DNA of 64,000 bases from Methylophilus sp. (GTDB taxonomy: Bacteria; Pseudomonadota; Gammaproteobacteria; Burkholderiales; Methylophilaceae): positions 39,009-103,008 of the forward strand of contig JANRLR010000003.1 of NCBI GenBank assembly GCA_033762415.1, given 5' to 3'. Positions within the stretch are counted from its first letter, which is position 1, and the number at the start of each line of letters is the position of its first letter. The notes beneath the pieces were generated by a model, which was given only the letters and a program-made list of their open reading frames with translations, was not told where the DNA came from and did not search any database. Shown here piece after piece: positions 9,536 through 20,171 of this stretch. A program made the position numbers and the translations under genes.

Positions 9536-10867
9536 TCAATTAGGTGGCCCACCTCTTAAATCATGTCCATCCGCGCTATAAATCTCCACCTCCACAAAAT
9601 CCCCAGGCGTTAACCCTTCCGCATCTTCCATATACACCACACCATCAATCTCTGGCGCATCGGCTTTGGTGCGGCCAATCGCCTCAATATTGCCTTCACT
9701 GTCTTGCACAATTTCATCCACCAACACCGTTTGCATGCTGCCGATTTTATGGTGTAGCTTAGCCGCGCTAATACGCTCTTGCACCGCCATAAAGCGGCTT
9801 AGGCGCTCTTGTTTCACTTCTTCTGGCACTTGGTCAGGCAAGTCATTGGCTTTGGCGCCATCGACCGCAGAATAAGCAAAACAACCCACTCTATCCAATT
9901 GTGCCTCTTCTAAAAAGTCGAGCAGCATTTGAAAGTCATCTTCGGTCTCACCTGGAAAGCCTGCAATAAAGGTAGAACGCACGGTGATATCGGGGCAGAT
10001 TTCGCGCCACGCTTTGATTCTGGCCAAATTATTCTCGGCATGCGCTGGGCGTTTCATCGCCTTTAAAATCCACGGACTCGCATGCTGAAACGGCACGTCT
10101 AAATACGGCAAAATGAGGCCATCAGCCATCAGCGGAACAACCTCATCCACGTGCGGGTATGGATACACATAATGCAGGCGTATCCACACACCCAGCTCAC
10201 TTAGGGCTTTACTGAGTGCCGTCATATGCGTTTTTACTGGGCGGCCGTTCCAAAAACCGCTACGATATTTCACATCTACACCGTAAGCAGACGTATCTTG
10301 TGAGATGACCAAAATCTCGCTCACACCAGCATTGACAAGGGTTTCCGCCTCATTCATTACTTCGCCAATGGGGCGGCTCACCAAATCACCACGCATACTG
10401 GGGATAATGCAAAAGCTGCAGCGGTGGTTGCAACCTTCTGAAATTTTTAAATAGGCGTAATGACCAGGCGTCAGGCGAATGCCTTGCGGTGGCACTAAAT
10501 CGGTGTAAGGGTCGTGCAATTTGGGCAAATTGGCGTGCACATGCGTCATCACCTCTTCTAATGCATGCGGGCCAGTCACTGCCAACACGGAAGGATGCGC
10601 ATTTTGTACTACGTCTTTTTTGGCGCCTAGACAGCCTGTGACGATCACTTTGCCGTTTTTATGTAGCGCTTCACCAATCGCATCTAGACTTTCTTGCACG
10701 GCAGAATCGATAAAGCCGCATGTGTTGACCACCACCAAATCGGATTCTTCATAAGTGCTTGAGATTTCATACCCTTCCGCACGCAATTGCGTGAGAATAC
10801 GCTCAGCATCCGAACCCGCTTTAGGACAACCCAGAGAAACAAAACCTACTTTTGGAATACTACTCAT
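9536..10867 (-). CDS. rimO: Ribosomal protein S12 methylthiotransferase
   Basis: VSLGCPK, NTCGFI, radical-SAM CNHRCSFC, C-terminal TRAM (APEIDG). Confidence 0.97.
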   Translation of the reverse strand: MSSIPKVGFVSLGCPKAGSDAERILTQLRAEGYEISSTYEESDLVVVNTCGFIDSAVQESLDAIGEALHKNGKVIVTGCLGAKKDVVQNAHPSVLAVTGPHALEEVMTHVHANLPKLHDPYTDLVPPQGIRLTPGHYAYLKISEGCNHRCSFCIIPSMRGDLVSRPIGEVMNEAETLVNAGVSEILVISQDTSAYGVDVKYRSGFWNGRPVKTHMTALSKALSELGVWIRLHYVYPYPHVDEVVPLMADGLILPYLDVPFQHASPWILKAMKRPAHAENNLARIKAWREICPDITVRSTFIAGFPGETEDDFQMLLDFLEEAQLDRVGCFAYSAVDGAKANDLPDQVPEEVKQERLSRFMAVQERISAAKLHHKIGSMQTVLVDEIVQDSEGNIEAIGRTKADAPEIDGVVYMEDAEGLTPGDFVEVEIYSADGHDLRGGPPN

Positions 10868-10906
10868 AACATAACACCTAACAAAAAATCATTAAAATTC
10901 AGAGAA

Positions 10907-11824
10907 TTAACCCTCAAGCCACCACTTGGTGATAAAAATAGAAGCCACCCCAAGCACGATTAATCCAATCTGCTGTAGCGTATCTTTTATAGCCGTGCGT
11001 TTATGCAGCCCTGGAATCAAGTCTGCTACGGCAACATATAGCATGCTTGCAGCAGCCAAACTTAAGATATAAGGAATCCAACCTTGTACTGTTTGCAACG
11101 CAGCATACGCCAACAGACCACCCACCATGGTTGCTAAACTGGAAAATAAATTAAACAATAACGCTCGCTTTTTACTATAGCCAGAATGCAGGAGAATCAA
11201 AAAGTCACCTATTTCTTGTGGAATTTCATGCGCAATAATCGCTAATGCAGTCACTAAGCCAACTTGAATATTCACCATAAAGGCTGCGGCAATCAGAATA
11301 CCGTCCACAAAATTATGGAAGGTATCGCCTATCATAATCATCAAACCACTTCTGCCACCGTCATGCTCATGGCTATGACTATGACGTGTTGCAACAAGGC
11401 TAGGCGCTTTTTTTTCTACTGATTTAAATTTAAGGCCTGTGTGTTGTGATGTCGCTTGATGGTCGGGGCAATGCGCTTCGTCATGCAAAGCATGCGCTTC
11501 ACAGTGATCACCATGACAATGGCGCCATAACACCAGTTTTTCCAACGTAAAAAATAGCAAGATGCCAAATAAAATGGTACTCGTCATCGACTCTACATTT
11601 GGTGCCACTTCAATCGCATGCGGTAGGATTTCAAGAAAAACTGCGCCTAATAACGCACCTATCGCATAACTTACCAACAAAGGCACCCAATGGCGCTGAG
11701 CGTTAAGTGCAAAAAATGCTGCAATTAATACACTTAATACCCCACCGACCAAACTGGTAGTGATAATCCAAGCCAACGGTGACATTTCAATTACATTCAT
11801 CTCTATTCTCAAATTAAGGAGCAA
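10907..11824 (-). CDS. ZIP-family divalent metal (Zn) transporter
   Basis: GDTFHNFVDG and AHEIPQEIGDF motifs; His-rich loop. Confidence 0.9.
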   Translation of the reverse strand: MLLNLRIEMNVIEMSPLAWIITTSLVGGVLSVLIAAFFALNAQRHWVPLLVSYAIGALLGAVFLEILPHAIEVAPNVESMTSTILFGILLFFTLEKLVLWRHCHGDHCEAHALHDEAHCPDHQATSQHTGLKFKSVEKKAPSLVATRHSHSHEHDGGRSGLMIMIGDTFHNFVDGILIAAAFMVNIQVGLVTALAIIAHEIPQEIGDFLILLHSGYSKKRALLFNLFSSLATMVGGLLAYAALQTVQGWIPYILSLAAASMLYVAVADLIPGLHKRTAIKDTLQQIGLIVLGVASIFITKWWLEG

Positions 11825-12566
11825 GCCAAATCATGGTAGCCATCCTGCCTGTGTCACCATCGCGCCTGAAGGAAAAAAAACGTTCTGCATCCGTATAGGT
11901 ACACCATTGCTGATCTATACTACTGCCGTAAATTTGCGTGACACCCGCTTGATTCAAGCGCTGTATGGCAATTTGGTAAAGATTGCCGAGCCATTTATTT
12001 GCTCTGGGCATAAAGGCTGTCTCTGCATTAGCATCCTTTTTGATAAACTGCATTCTGACTTCATCACCCACTTCAAATGCGTCAGGACCAATCGCAGGAC
12101 CAAGCCAAGCCATGAGCGATGTATTTTCAGCGGGCATAGCAGCTACCGTGGCCTCTATCACACCATCGCACAAGCTACGCCAGCCGGCATGCACAGCAGC
12201 AACCGTTGTACCTTGCTTATCGCACAATAGTACTGGTAAACAATCTGCGGTCATGGTCACGCATACTACATTCGTTTGGCGTGTGAATGCCGCGTCTGCA
12301 TACTCTACACAACTGCTTAATGCCGCATCAATGACACGGATACCATGCACTTGATTTAACCACACAGGTTCAGTTGGGACAAAAGCATTTAACAGCTGGC
12401 GGTTATGCGCTACAGCAAAAGCGTCATCATTGACATGACTTCCCAGATTCAGACTATCGTATGGCGCTTGACTCACCCCGCCTTTGCGCGTGGTTTGTAT
12501 AGCCTTAACATTTGCGGGGGCTGACCAATCGGGGTAAATAAAATTGTCAGCTAAATAACTACTCAT
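11814..12566 (-). CDS. pgeF: Peptidoglycan editing factor / purine nucleoside phosphorylase (YfiH)
   Basis: QVHG, TADCLPV, HAGWR, FFSFRR; follows rluD. Confidence 0.93.
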   Translation of the reverse strand: MSSYLADNFIYPDWSAPANVKAIQTTRKGGVSQAPYDSLNLGSHVNDDAFAVAHNRQLLNAFVPTEPVWLNQVHGIRVIDAALSSCVEYADAAFTRQTNVVCVTMTADCLPVLLCDKQGTTVAAVHAGWRSLCDGVIEATVAAMPAENTSLMAWLGPAIGPDAFEVGDEVRMQFIKKDANAETAFMPRANKWLGNLYQIAIQRLNQAGVTQIYGSSIDQQWCTYTDAERFFSFRRDGDTGRMATMIWLAP

Positions 12567-13653
12567 CTTCTAATAGATCTTCATCTTCAAAATCGTCGTC
12601 GTCAGCCAAATCAAAATCATCTTCATCATCACCAATATACAAGCCATCTTCATCTACATTAAAATCATATGGCAACGCTTCAGGTGCTTCCACAGTACGC
12701 ATGGCATCCAGCAGCTCGCGCATGTCATCCGCCAACTCAATTTGCCACTCCATCGGTTCATTGGTTTTGGGATGGACCAATCCTAATTTAATCGCATGTA
12801 GCGCTTGACGCTTAAAATGTGTAATGGCTTCACGCAACACAGGCGTCATCAATTTATGCGGAATGATATTTCCGATCCCGTATAAAGGATCGCCTACCAT
12901 TGGCGCTTTTAAAAACTGCATGTGTACACGAATCTGGTGAGTACGCCCAGTTTCTAGATTGCAACGCATATAAGTATTGGTACCGAATCGCTCTAACACT
13001 TCATAATGAGTAACCGCTGGCTTGCCTGTGCGCGTCACTGCCATCTTAGTTCTGGCATGGGGATGACGACCTATCGGTTGATCAATCTTTCCATTGCGCC
13101 AAATTTGACCCCATACAATCGCACGATATTCACGCTTGACTGTTCTGGCTTGCAACTGACGCACCAAGCTGGTTTGCGCTTCTAATGTTTTGGCCACTAC
13201 AAGCAAACCGCTGGTATCTTTATCAAGCCGATGCACAATGCCGCAACGAGGAATTTCAGATAACGAGGGTAAATGAAATAACAACGCATTCAATAAGGTG
13301 CCAGTCCAATTGCCTGCGGCTGGATGTACCACTAATCCTGCAGGCTTATTAATCACTAGTAGCTCATCATCTTCATAAACAATATCCAATGGGATGTCTT
13401 CTGGCTTAAAAGCATTCTCCTGCATATTGACAGGCGGATTGATGGCCACACGTTCGCCGCCCCATACTTTGGTTTTAGCACTGGTAGCTTCACCGTTGAG
13501 CGTGACCAACCCCTCTTTAATCCATGCTTGCAAACGACTACGTGAGTGTTCTGGAAACATTTGTTGCAATGCCAAATCCAACCGATGCCCACCTAAATGC
13601 ATGGGTACAGAGAAATTGTGGTTTACGCTTTCTTTCATATTTTGTAATTGCAT
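12559..13653 (-). CDS. rluD: 23S rRNA pseudouridine synthase D with an acidic C-terminal tail
   Basis: S4 domain, HRLDKDTSG, GRTHQIRVH; divergent from bamD. Confidence 0.95.
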   Translation of the reverse strand: MQLQNMKESVNHNFSVPMHLGGHRLDLALQQMFPEHSRSRLQAWIKEGLVTLNGEATSAKTKVWGGERVAINPPVNMQENAFKPEDIPLDIVYEDDELLVINKPAGLVVHPAAGNWTGTLLNALLFHLPSLSEIPRCGIVHRLDKDTSGLLVVAKTLEAQTSLVRQLQARTVKREYRAIVWGQIWRNGKIDQPIGRHPHARTKMAVTRTGKPAVTHYEVLERFGTNTYMRCNLETGRTHQIRVHMQFLKAPMVGDPLYGIGNIIPHKLMTPVLREAITHFKRQALHAIKLGLVHPKTNEPMEWQIELADDMRELLDAMRTVEAPEALPYDFNVDEDGLYIGDDEDDFDLADDDDFEDEDLLEDE

Positions 13654-13694
13654 CAGTTATAATGTTGCAATTCTCTAACCTTGGGTTTTTAATA

Positions 13695-14507
13695 GTGAAC
13701 CGTATTTTACCGCTTATCTTGGTTTTACTTTCAGCTTTATTTCTGAATGGCTGTGCAATTTTTGGTGCACCTACTGAACTAGATGACACCAAAGGCTGGC
13801 AAGCAGATCGTATTTACGCTGCTGGCCAAGAAAAAATGCAAGATAAAGACTATGACAAAGCCATCGTCTATTTTCAAAAACTTGAATCAAGATTCCCGCA
13901 TGGCGCATATGCGCAACAAGCGCAATTAGAAATTGCGTATGCCTACTATAAAAAAGATGAGGCTGTACAATGTATCGCTGCTGCTGACCGGTTCATGAAA
14001 CTGCATCCTAACCATCCCAACATTGATTATGCATACTACCTAAAAGGGCTCGCTACATTCAATGAGCGTGGCATTATTGAAAAACTCTCTGATCAAGAAA
14101 TCAATGATCGCGATCCAAAAACTTTAAAACTCTCATTCGCCGCGTTTAAAGACCTGACTGACCGTTACCCTAAAAGTAAGTATTTTAAAGATGCAACACA
14201 ACGCATGGTGTATATCGTAAATGCGCTGGCACAACATGAGCTGCATGTAGCACGCTATTACATGCAACGCACAGCCTATGTAGCCGCACTTAACCGCGCG
14301 AAATACGTCATTGAATATTACCCGAACTCTACTGGTGTAGAAGAGGCCTTAGTCATTATGGTGAGTGCCTATGACAATATGGAAATGGAAGATTTTAAAA
14401 ATGATACTTTGCGCATTCTGAAAACGAATTACCCAGAAAACCCCATGATTACTGGGAAAGTAAAACAGGATGAAAAAGTCTGGTGGAAATTCTGGAAAAA
14501 CTTCTAG
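13695..14507 (+). CDS. bamD: Outer-membrane assembly lipoprotein BamD
   Basis: GTG at 13695, lipobox LNGC, TPR motifs (HPNIDYAYYLKGL). The track start at 13524 overlaps rluD and is too long. Confidence 0.93.
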   Translation: MNRILPLILVLLSALFLNGCAIFGAPTELDDTKGWQADRIYAAGQEKMQDKDYDKAIVYFQKLESRFPHGAYAQQAQLEIAYAYYKKDEAVQCIAAADRFMKLHPNHPNIDYAYYLKGLATFNERGIIEKLSDQEINDRDPKTLKLSFAAFKDLTDRYPKSKYFKDATQRMVYIVNALAQHELHVARYYMQRTAYVAALNRAKYVIEYYPNSTGVEEALVIMVSAYDNMEMEDFKNDTLRILKTNYPENPMITGKVKQDEKVWWKFWKNF

Positions 14508-14529
14508 ATCACTGCACTACCAACATAGC

Positions 14530-15210
14530 CTAACGCGCTTTCACAGATTGTGATGCGTTAGGTGACAACATCCAAATATAAAAAAACTCGCGTACGACAA
14601 TCAGAAAAAACTGTCTGGATTTTTTCAATCTGAACAAAGGCAGCGTCACATCCACTGCCATGCGATACACCAAATTATTGCCTTTAGGCGCATCTCGCAA
14701 TCTTAATAGAATGATTTTTGCCAGTTTAATTCTGGTAAAGATATACCGCTTTTCTACACCCTGTTTTTGCAAACCCTGCATATAACGCTCGAGTAATAGG
14801 CTTTCCCGCTCGTCAAATCGCTCTTTAGCCAAACTGAGACTCAGTGATTGTAAAGAGGCTGGTAAAGGTTTCCACTGAATCGCCTGTAAATCAATACCAT
14901 AATTTTCGTTGAGCAAAACAATCGCACGAATATCTTTCATCCAAAATGGATAAAACTCACGTGCTATTTTGATATGGTCATGCCACTCACTATCATGCTT
15001 TTTCTTGAGCACCGCATGCAAAGCCATGGCATATTCGTTGCGATTCAGGGGTTTGTCCATCAATCCAGAAGTAAGCTTCTTTAGAAATATTAATCGCTTA
15101 TCTAAAAAATCCTGGTTAAGACCTTTTTGCTTAAGAAACTTAATGTAGGCGTTAACTGCTTCCTCTTCGTGTGATAACGTTTGTTGCGCAGCTAACTCCA
15201 TTAAAATCAA
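14530..15210 (-). CDS. Hypothetical protein made of two internally repeated ~80-aa helical domains
   Basis: [10 protein letters not shown]...IAREFYPFW versus [10 protein letters not shown]...VVREFFYIW. Confidence 0.75.
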   Translation of the reverse strand: MILMELAAQQTLSHEEEAVNAYIKFLKQKGLNQDFLDKRLIFLKKLTSGLMDKPLNRNEYAMALHAVLKKKHDSEWHDHIKIAREFYPFWMKDIRAIVLLNENYGIDLQAIQWKPLPASLQSLSLSLAKERFDERESLLLERYMQGLQKQGVEKRYIFTRIKLAKIILLRLRDAPKGNNLVYRMAVDVTLPLFRLKKSRQFFLIVVREFFYIWMLSPNASQSVKAR

Positions 15211-16142
15211 GCCTTTCGTTTTTCACCAATAATAGGTTCGCCTATGTGCGTTTCACCTCGTTGTTTCGCTAAGATTACTTGTTTCTGTCTTTCTGTCAGT
15301 GCTGCTTTCTTCTGTTCTGATGTCTTATCATAACAATGCGGGCAGGAAATGCCTGGCGTGTAAAACGTACTTTTTAGATCATCGGGAGACAAAGGCATGC
15401 GGCACGCATAACATTGATCATAATCGCCGACTTCCAAGCCATGCTTCACAGCCACACGCTGATCAAACACAAAGCATTCCCCTTGCCACATACTTTGCTC
15501 TTTCGGCACGGTTTCTAAATACTTTAGGATACCCCCTTGTAAATGATAAACCTCTTCGAAGCCTTGCTGCTTCATATAAGACGAAGCTTTCTCGCAACGA
15601 ATGCCGCCTGTGCAAAACATCGCCACTTTTTTTTGTCTGGTTTTATCTAAATGCTGCGCTACAAATTGAGGAAATTCGCGAAAAGTCGTCGTTTTAGGAT
15701 CGATTGCACCTTGAAACGTACCGATACTCACCTCGTAGTCGTTACGGGTATCTAGCAATAGCACATCTGGATCACTAATCAGCGCATTCCAGTCTTCTGG
15801 CTTCACATAAGTGCCCACCACATTGTTCGGATTCACACCCGCAACTCCCATGGTCACAATTTCTTTTTTGAGTTTCACCTTCATGCGGTAAAAAGGATGT
15901 CTATCTGCGTAAGACGCTTTATGCTCTAAATCACTTAAGCGTGGATCCTGCTTTAAATAAGTGAGTACTGCAGCAATATCACTGGGCGCCCCCGCAATTG
16001 TGCCATTGATACCTTCGGATGCCAATAACAAAGTACCCTTGATGCGATGTTGATTGCAAACCGCCAGAATAGGTGCTTGTAGTGCTTGATAGTCAGGCAG
16101 ACTGACAAATTTATAAAGTGCGGCAGTTAGAAACTGAGACAT
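15207..16142 (-). CDS. trhO: Rhodanese-domain tRNA uridine(34) hydroxylase (YceA/TrhO)
   Basis: [32 protein letters not shown]. Confidence 0.9.
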   Translation of the reverse strand: MSQFLTAALYKFVSLPDYQALQAPILAVCNQHRIKGTLLLASEGINGTIAGAPSDIAAVLTYLKQDPRLSDLEHKASYADRHPFYRMKVKLKKEIVTMGVAGVNPNNVVGTYVKPEDWNALISDPDVLLLDTRNDYEVSIGTFQGAIDPKTTTFREFPQFVAQHLDKTRQKKVAMFCTGGIRCEKASSYMKQQGFEEVYHLQGGILKYLETVPKEQSMWQGECFVFDQRVAVKHGLEVGDYDQCYACRMPLSPDDLKSTFYTPGISCPHCYDKTSEQKKAALTERQKQVILAKQRGETHIGEPIIGEKRKA

Positions 16143-16223
16143 GATTCAATGGATAGACTATAAAAAGGCATTTTATCATTAATCGATACACGCTTATTCA
16201 TAAAGTCATTTCAAATCAATATT

Positions 16224-16889
16224 TTAGGGGGATAACACCAATATTTCTGCTTTTCCTAAACCAGAAACATCTCCCATCCAGCGCTGTACGCGTATGCCGT
16301 TGAGTTGAGAAAACTGAGTGTCTAACAAAGCAAATGATTTAAACAGCAGCTCTAAAAATGGCAGTGAGTGTATACCGCAATCTATCCAAGTGGCCTGATC
16401 TATTGGCCTGTGTGCCAATAATAAAGTACCTCGCTTCATGCCATAACCTAAACGTGCGCCAGTTTTGCCCAGTACGCCAATCGTACCCGCTTTCATGCTG
16501 GAAGCACAATATTCGCCTACATCGCCTTCCACCAGAATAGTACCTCTGCGCATACTATCGCCCAAGCGCTCACCCGCATTACCTTTGCAGATAATCGTAC
16601 CACCCTGCATCTGACTGCCCAAAAAGTCACCACAATCACCCTCTACAGTGATTGTGCCCTGGTTCATTTGATGTCCAATATAGCTTAATTGTGCATTGGT
16701 GTTTTTAAACACAATGTGCGTGACATCTTCTCCGACCACATCAAAAAAGTCTGCAACTTTTTGCGTTTTCGTCAGCATTAACGCCTGAATTTGCGCTATT
16801 GTTTTACCCTGTAATGCATTGGGCGTTAATAAACGGCAATCAACTGCTTGTTGAATAGCGGTTTTTAAAGTAAACGTCAGCGCATTCAT
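16224..16889 (-). CDS. fhcC: Formyltransferase/hydrolase complex subunit C
   Basis: GXGXG-type repeats (G..M..G.I.V.G); last gene of the fhc cluster. Confidence 0.9.
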   Translation of the reverse strand: MNALTFTLKTAIQQAVDCRLLTPNALQGKTIAQIQALMLTKTQKVADFFDVVGEDVTHIVFKNTNAQLSYIGHQMNQGTITVEGDCGDFLGSQMQGGTIICKGNAGERLGDSMRRGTILVEGDVGEYCASSMKAGTIGVLGKTGARLGYGMKRGTLLLAHRPIDQATWIDCGIHSLPFLELLFKSFALLDTQFSQLNGIRVQRWMGDVSGLGKAEILVLSP

Positions 16890-17809
16890 GTTGGAGCGAC
16901 TCCTGATAAATGGCCATTTAAAATCTCATGCAATTTAAAATGATGCTGACCCAACTTACCACCATAATTACCTGCCGATATACGTTTGATTCCAGCCTGA
17001 CTACCTAAGCTGCAAGCTGCCTCGATACCCACTTTCATTGACAAAGCGATATCCTCAAAGGTCAGTCCATCAATCACAATTTCCATCACACTTTCAATGT
17101 CCATGTTTAGCTCAGTATTAACCACACCTTTTAAGGTTGGACAAAAGGCATCATTAGTACTGGCAAACATTTTGGGATACTTGCTACCGACTTTAGAGCC
17201 AGATCGCACCACACCGCCAGGAAAAGGCATAATCACACTAGGCACTTTCTGCATTGCTTCAATAGCTGCCTCACACGCCGCCAACACTTGCGGCTGACTT
17301 TGCCCTAGCACTAAAAAATTACCGCCACCAATTGCACGTACCATGCCTGTTGTTTCTTGCGTTAAAAACTCACCATCCATCACTGGAATACGCCAATATC
17401 GTTTACCTTGAATCAGTTTAGAAATTTGATATCCATCGCCAAAATAACGTAAATGTTTACCAAGGCTGATTTGGTCATCAGAATCAATGCCAGAGAAAGC
17501 AGCGGCTGTTGGGCAAGTAAGAATACACTGACCCATGCGCGTTTCCAGTTGCTGCATCAGCACTTTGCTGCCCATCGCAAACATCAGAATACTCACGCCA
17601 GGGCGACTGTCTGGTGTCTCGTCCATAGAAAGTTCACGCTCTATGCCAGCCTCTACGCCACAACCAATCACGCTGGTTGCAAAGCCAGTCATGGCATTGG
17701 CCGCATGATAAGCCCACTTGAGATTCTGCGCAGTAATCAATACTCTTGTGCCGCGCATATTAAATGCCTCGGCAAATGTATCGTCTATTTGTACGCCATT
17801 AATTTGCAC
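16886..17809 (-). CDS. fhcD: Formylmethanofuran--H4MPT N-formyltransferase, Fhc subunit D
   Basis: IDDTFAEAF, QCILTCPT, SAGNYGGKLG. Confidence 0.95.
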   Translation of the reverse strand: MQINGVQIDDTFAEAFNMRGTRVLITAQNLKWAYHAANAMTGFATSVIGCGVEAGIERELSMDETPDSRPGVSILMFAMGSKVLMQQLETRMGQCILTCPTAAAFSGIDSDDQISLGKHLRYFGDGYQISKLIQGKRYWRIPVMDGEFLTQETTGMVRAIGGGNFLVLGQSQPQVLAACEAAIEAMQKVPSVIMPFPGGVVRSGSKVGSKYPKMFASTNDAFCPTLKGVVNTELNMDIESVMEIVIDGLTFEDIALSMKVGIEAACSLGSQAGIKRISAGNYGGKLGQHHFKLHEILNGHLSGVAPT

Positions 17810-17827
17810 TGATTTTTCCTATGTCAC

Positions 17828-18487
17828 TTAAGCATCTGGTGCGCCAGACTGAATTTTGGCAATCCATTCGCCAATCTCGATCGTGCCAACCGATTGTGCT
17901 TTTGCTAGATCTGCGGGCACTAACACATCTTGCAATAAATCCACACGCTTCCACTCAGCGAGCGGTGTCTCACATTCAGCACTTGGAATGTATCGAGAGG
18001 TACGTATTTTTTGCATCTGCGGAATATAGCGTGGACAGTTCTGCCATAATTCAGATAATTTCACAGTCACTACAAAATCTGCTTCTTGATAGTGCGCAAG
18101 CAGTGTAGGGTCTTGCGAGATGCTCGCTGTGCCTTGTACACGAATCCGATGTGGACGCTCAAACGAAATAAACAGCATCCCGATTTGTGGGTTGCCTGTA
18201 ATATTTCCCATACTTAAAAACATACCGTTACCATCATAACTGGGAAACAGGAGTGTCTGTTCATCTAGCACTTTGACAAAACCTGCATGTCCCCCTTTAA
18301 ATGAAACTGTAGGTCGACCTTTATCATCAATCGTCGTTAAAAAGAACATCTCACTCTGTTCAATAAAACCTTTGGCATCCTCATCAAACGTCGTATGACA
18401 GGCAAGTTCTTCAATGCGATCCGCCATTTTTTCAGTACCAAATTGCGCCTGCAACTTCCTGTGCTGTTTACCGTAAAGTCTGCTCAT
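17828..18487 (-). CDS. Pyridoxamine 5'-phosphate oxidase-like FMN-binding protein
   Basis: FFLTT...SFKGG..GFVKVLD...PSYDGNGMFLSMGNI...NCPRYI split-barrel pattern; lies between fhcA and fhcD. Confidence 0.8.
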   Translation of the reverse strand: MSRLYGKQHRKLQAQFGTEKMADRIEELACHTTFDEDAKGFIEQSEMFFLTTIDDKGRPTVSFKGGHAGFVKVLDEQTLLFPSYDGNGMFLSMGNITGNPQIGMLFISFERPHRIRVQGTASISQDPTLLAHYQEADFVVTVKLSELWQNCPRYIPQMQKIRTSRYIPSAECETPLAEWKRVDLLQDVLVPADLAKAQSVGTIEIGEWIAKIQSGAPDA

Positions 18488-18503
18488 GTTGTCCTCGAGT
18501 GTT

Positions 18504-20171
18504 TTATTTTTTATTAAAATGATTAATTACACTATTTCTACCATCTTCCGCGATCTCATTATCACTGATTTTAAAGTTATCCACTTTAATCGTGTGATAT
18601 TTATCAAAGTAATCTTGCAGATCTTTTTCAACATGCGCATCAAAATCAGGTTTGGCCGTGTGTGTTTTACCCCAGACGACTTTTACCACCTTACCCTCTT
18701 TTACAACCAACTCACCATCTTTAAACACATAGTCAGGTTTTGCAAACATGGCTTCACGGTCAGCTTGGTCAGTGTAGACCGTAATATCAGCCGTTGCGCC
18801 GACACCTAAATGCCCGCAGTTGTTCAGACCTATTAATTTTGCGGCACCAGCACGTGTCATTATCGCGATTTCATACAGGCTATATTCGCGATTCAAACTA
18901 CTCAGATTGCTCATTGCCTGCGCATCTAAGTTAAGTTTTGCAAAGGCATCATTTCTAAAATTTTTATCCATCAGCAAGCGAATCAAATGTGGGTAGCTTG
19001 TGAACGGCGCCCCATTGGGGTGATCAGTCGTTAAAAAGATACGCCATGGATCCTCAACACTTAAAAAGATTTCCAAACCAATCGCCCATTGCAAGGCATT
19101 GACATAATTTTGGTCACGGTATTTAAACGGCACGACACCACAACCTGCATCACACTCAATATCCATAATCACGGACTTTTTAGGATTGGCGTGCTTAGCA
19201 TTCAAGTGTTGCATCATATTATCGCCAGAAGTCGTGACGGTTTGCCCAAACAAAATCTGCCCAACATCGGCGGTAATATGTTTATTTTTATTCAAAGCTT
19301 CGGCAATCTGCCCTGCCGCAGATGAGAACTTCTTATCGCCTTCAGTGCCATAGCTATGAAACTGAATGTGCGTGAGGTGCATAGGAATGCCATCACTCGC
19401 CCCCATCGTATCTAGCGTCGTCTGAAAATTGCCAGCCGCCCCCAAATTGTTAGAGTGCACGTGCAACGGTTTAGCAATGCCTAGTTCATGCACGGCACGG
19501 CTTAAACTTTGTAAAATTTGACGCGGTGTCACTTGGTAATGCACATTATTTTCATCTAAATTCAAACGACGCTGATTAAATTTAAATGCGGAAATCCCAC
19601 CAGGATTCACTACTTTAATGCCTATGGTTTGTGTTGCGTTGAGCGTCCACGCCACATAATCATTAATCACTTTTTGCTCTGCTTTATTGGCTAATAAACG
19701 CAGAAAGTAATCATCATTACCTAATACTGCGTAACCGCCTTTATCTATCATGGGCGTGTCACCCATTTCAAAATGCGCTTGTCTGGCATTGATGGCGAGG
19801 ACTGCTGGTTCAAACGCAGCGGTATAACCCATTTCAATATAACGCATGCCTGTATCGGTCGTATTTGGGGTTGCATTGTGACTGCAATTGGGCGTACAGA
19901 TGTGCGCTTCTGGTTCAGTGTAATGTTTAGTTTCCTGATATTCAGGCAACATCATGCGTGCAATATTGACTTTACCGCCGCCAATATGACTATGCATATC
20001 AATAGCACCCGCCATCACCACCTTGCCTTTTAAATCAAAGGTTTGATCAATTTTTTCAGTGCCTACTGGCTTGTCAATAATACGACCATCACGAATATAG
20101 ATATCCTGCACTACGCCATCTTTTCCATGGGTGGGATCAAACACTTTGCCATTTTTAAGGAGGGTAATCAT
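18504..20171 (-). CDS. fhcA: Formyltransferase/hydrolase complex subunit A (amidohydrolase)
   Basis: DMHSHIGGGKVN, HVHSNNLG, TTDHPNG. Confidence 0.95.
   Translation of the reverse strand: MITLLKNGKVFDPTHGKDGVVQDIYIRDGRIIDKPVGTEKIDQTFDLKGKVVMAGAIDMHSHIGGGKVNIARMMLPEYQETKHYTEPEAHICTPNCSHNATPNTTDTGMRYIEMGYTAAFEPAVLAINARQAHFEMGDTPMIDKGGYAVLGNDDYFLRLLANKAEQKVINDYVAWTLNATQTIGIKVVNPGGISAFKFNQRRLNLDENNVHYQVTPRQILQSLSRAVHELGIAKPLHVHSNNLGAAGNFQTTLDTMGASDGIPMHLTHIQFHSYGTEGDKKFSSAAGQIAEALNKNKHITADVGQILFGQTVTTSGDNMMQHLNAKHANPKKSVIMDIECDAGCGVVPFKYRDQNYVNALQWAIGLEIFLSVEDPWRIFLTTDHPNGAPFTSYPHLIRLLMDKNFRNDAFAKLNLDAQAMSNLSSLNREYSLYEIAIMTRAGAAKLIGLNNCGHLGVGATADITVYTDQADREAMFAKPDYVFKDGELVVKEGKVVKVVWGKTHTAKPDFDAHVEKDLQDYFDKYHTIKVDNFKISDNEIAEDGRNSVINHFNKK

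Noticed and set aside
13524-13694. Long N-terminal extension of BamD in the ORF track (similarly lysS 33279-33359, carA 61076-61111, pstC 44202-44306)
   Set aside because: These overlap neighbouring genes, promoters or hairpins; downstream starts give normal N-termini
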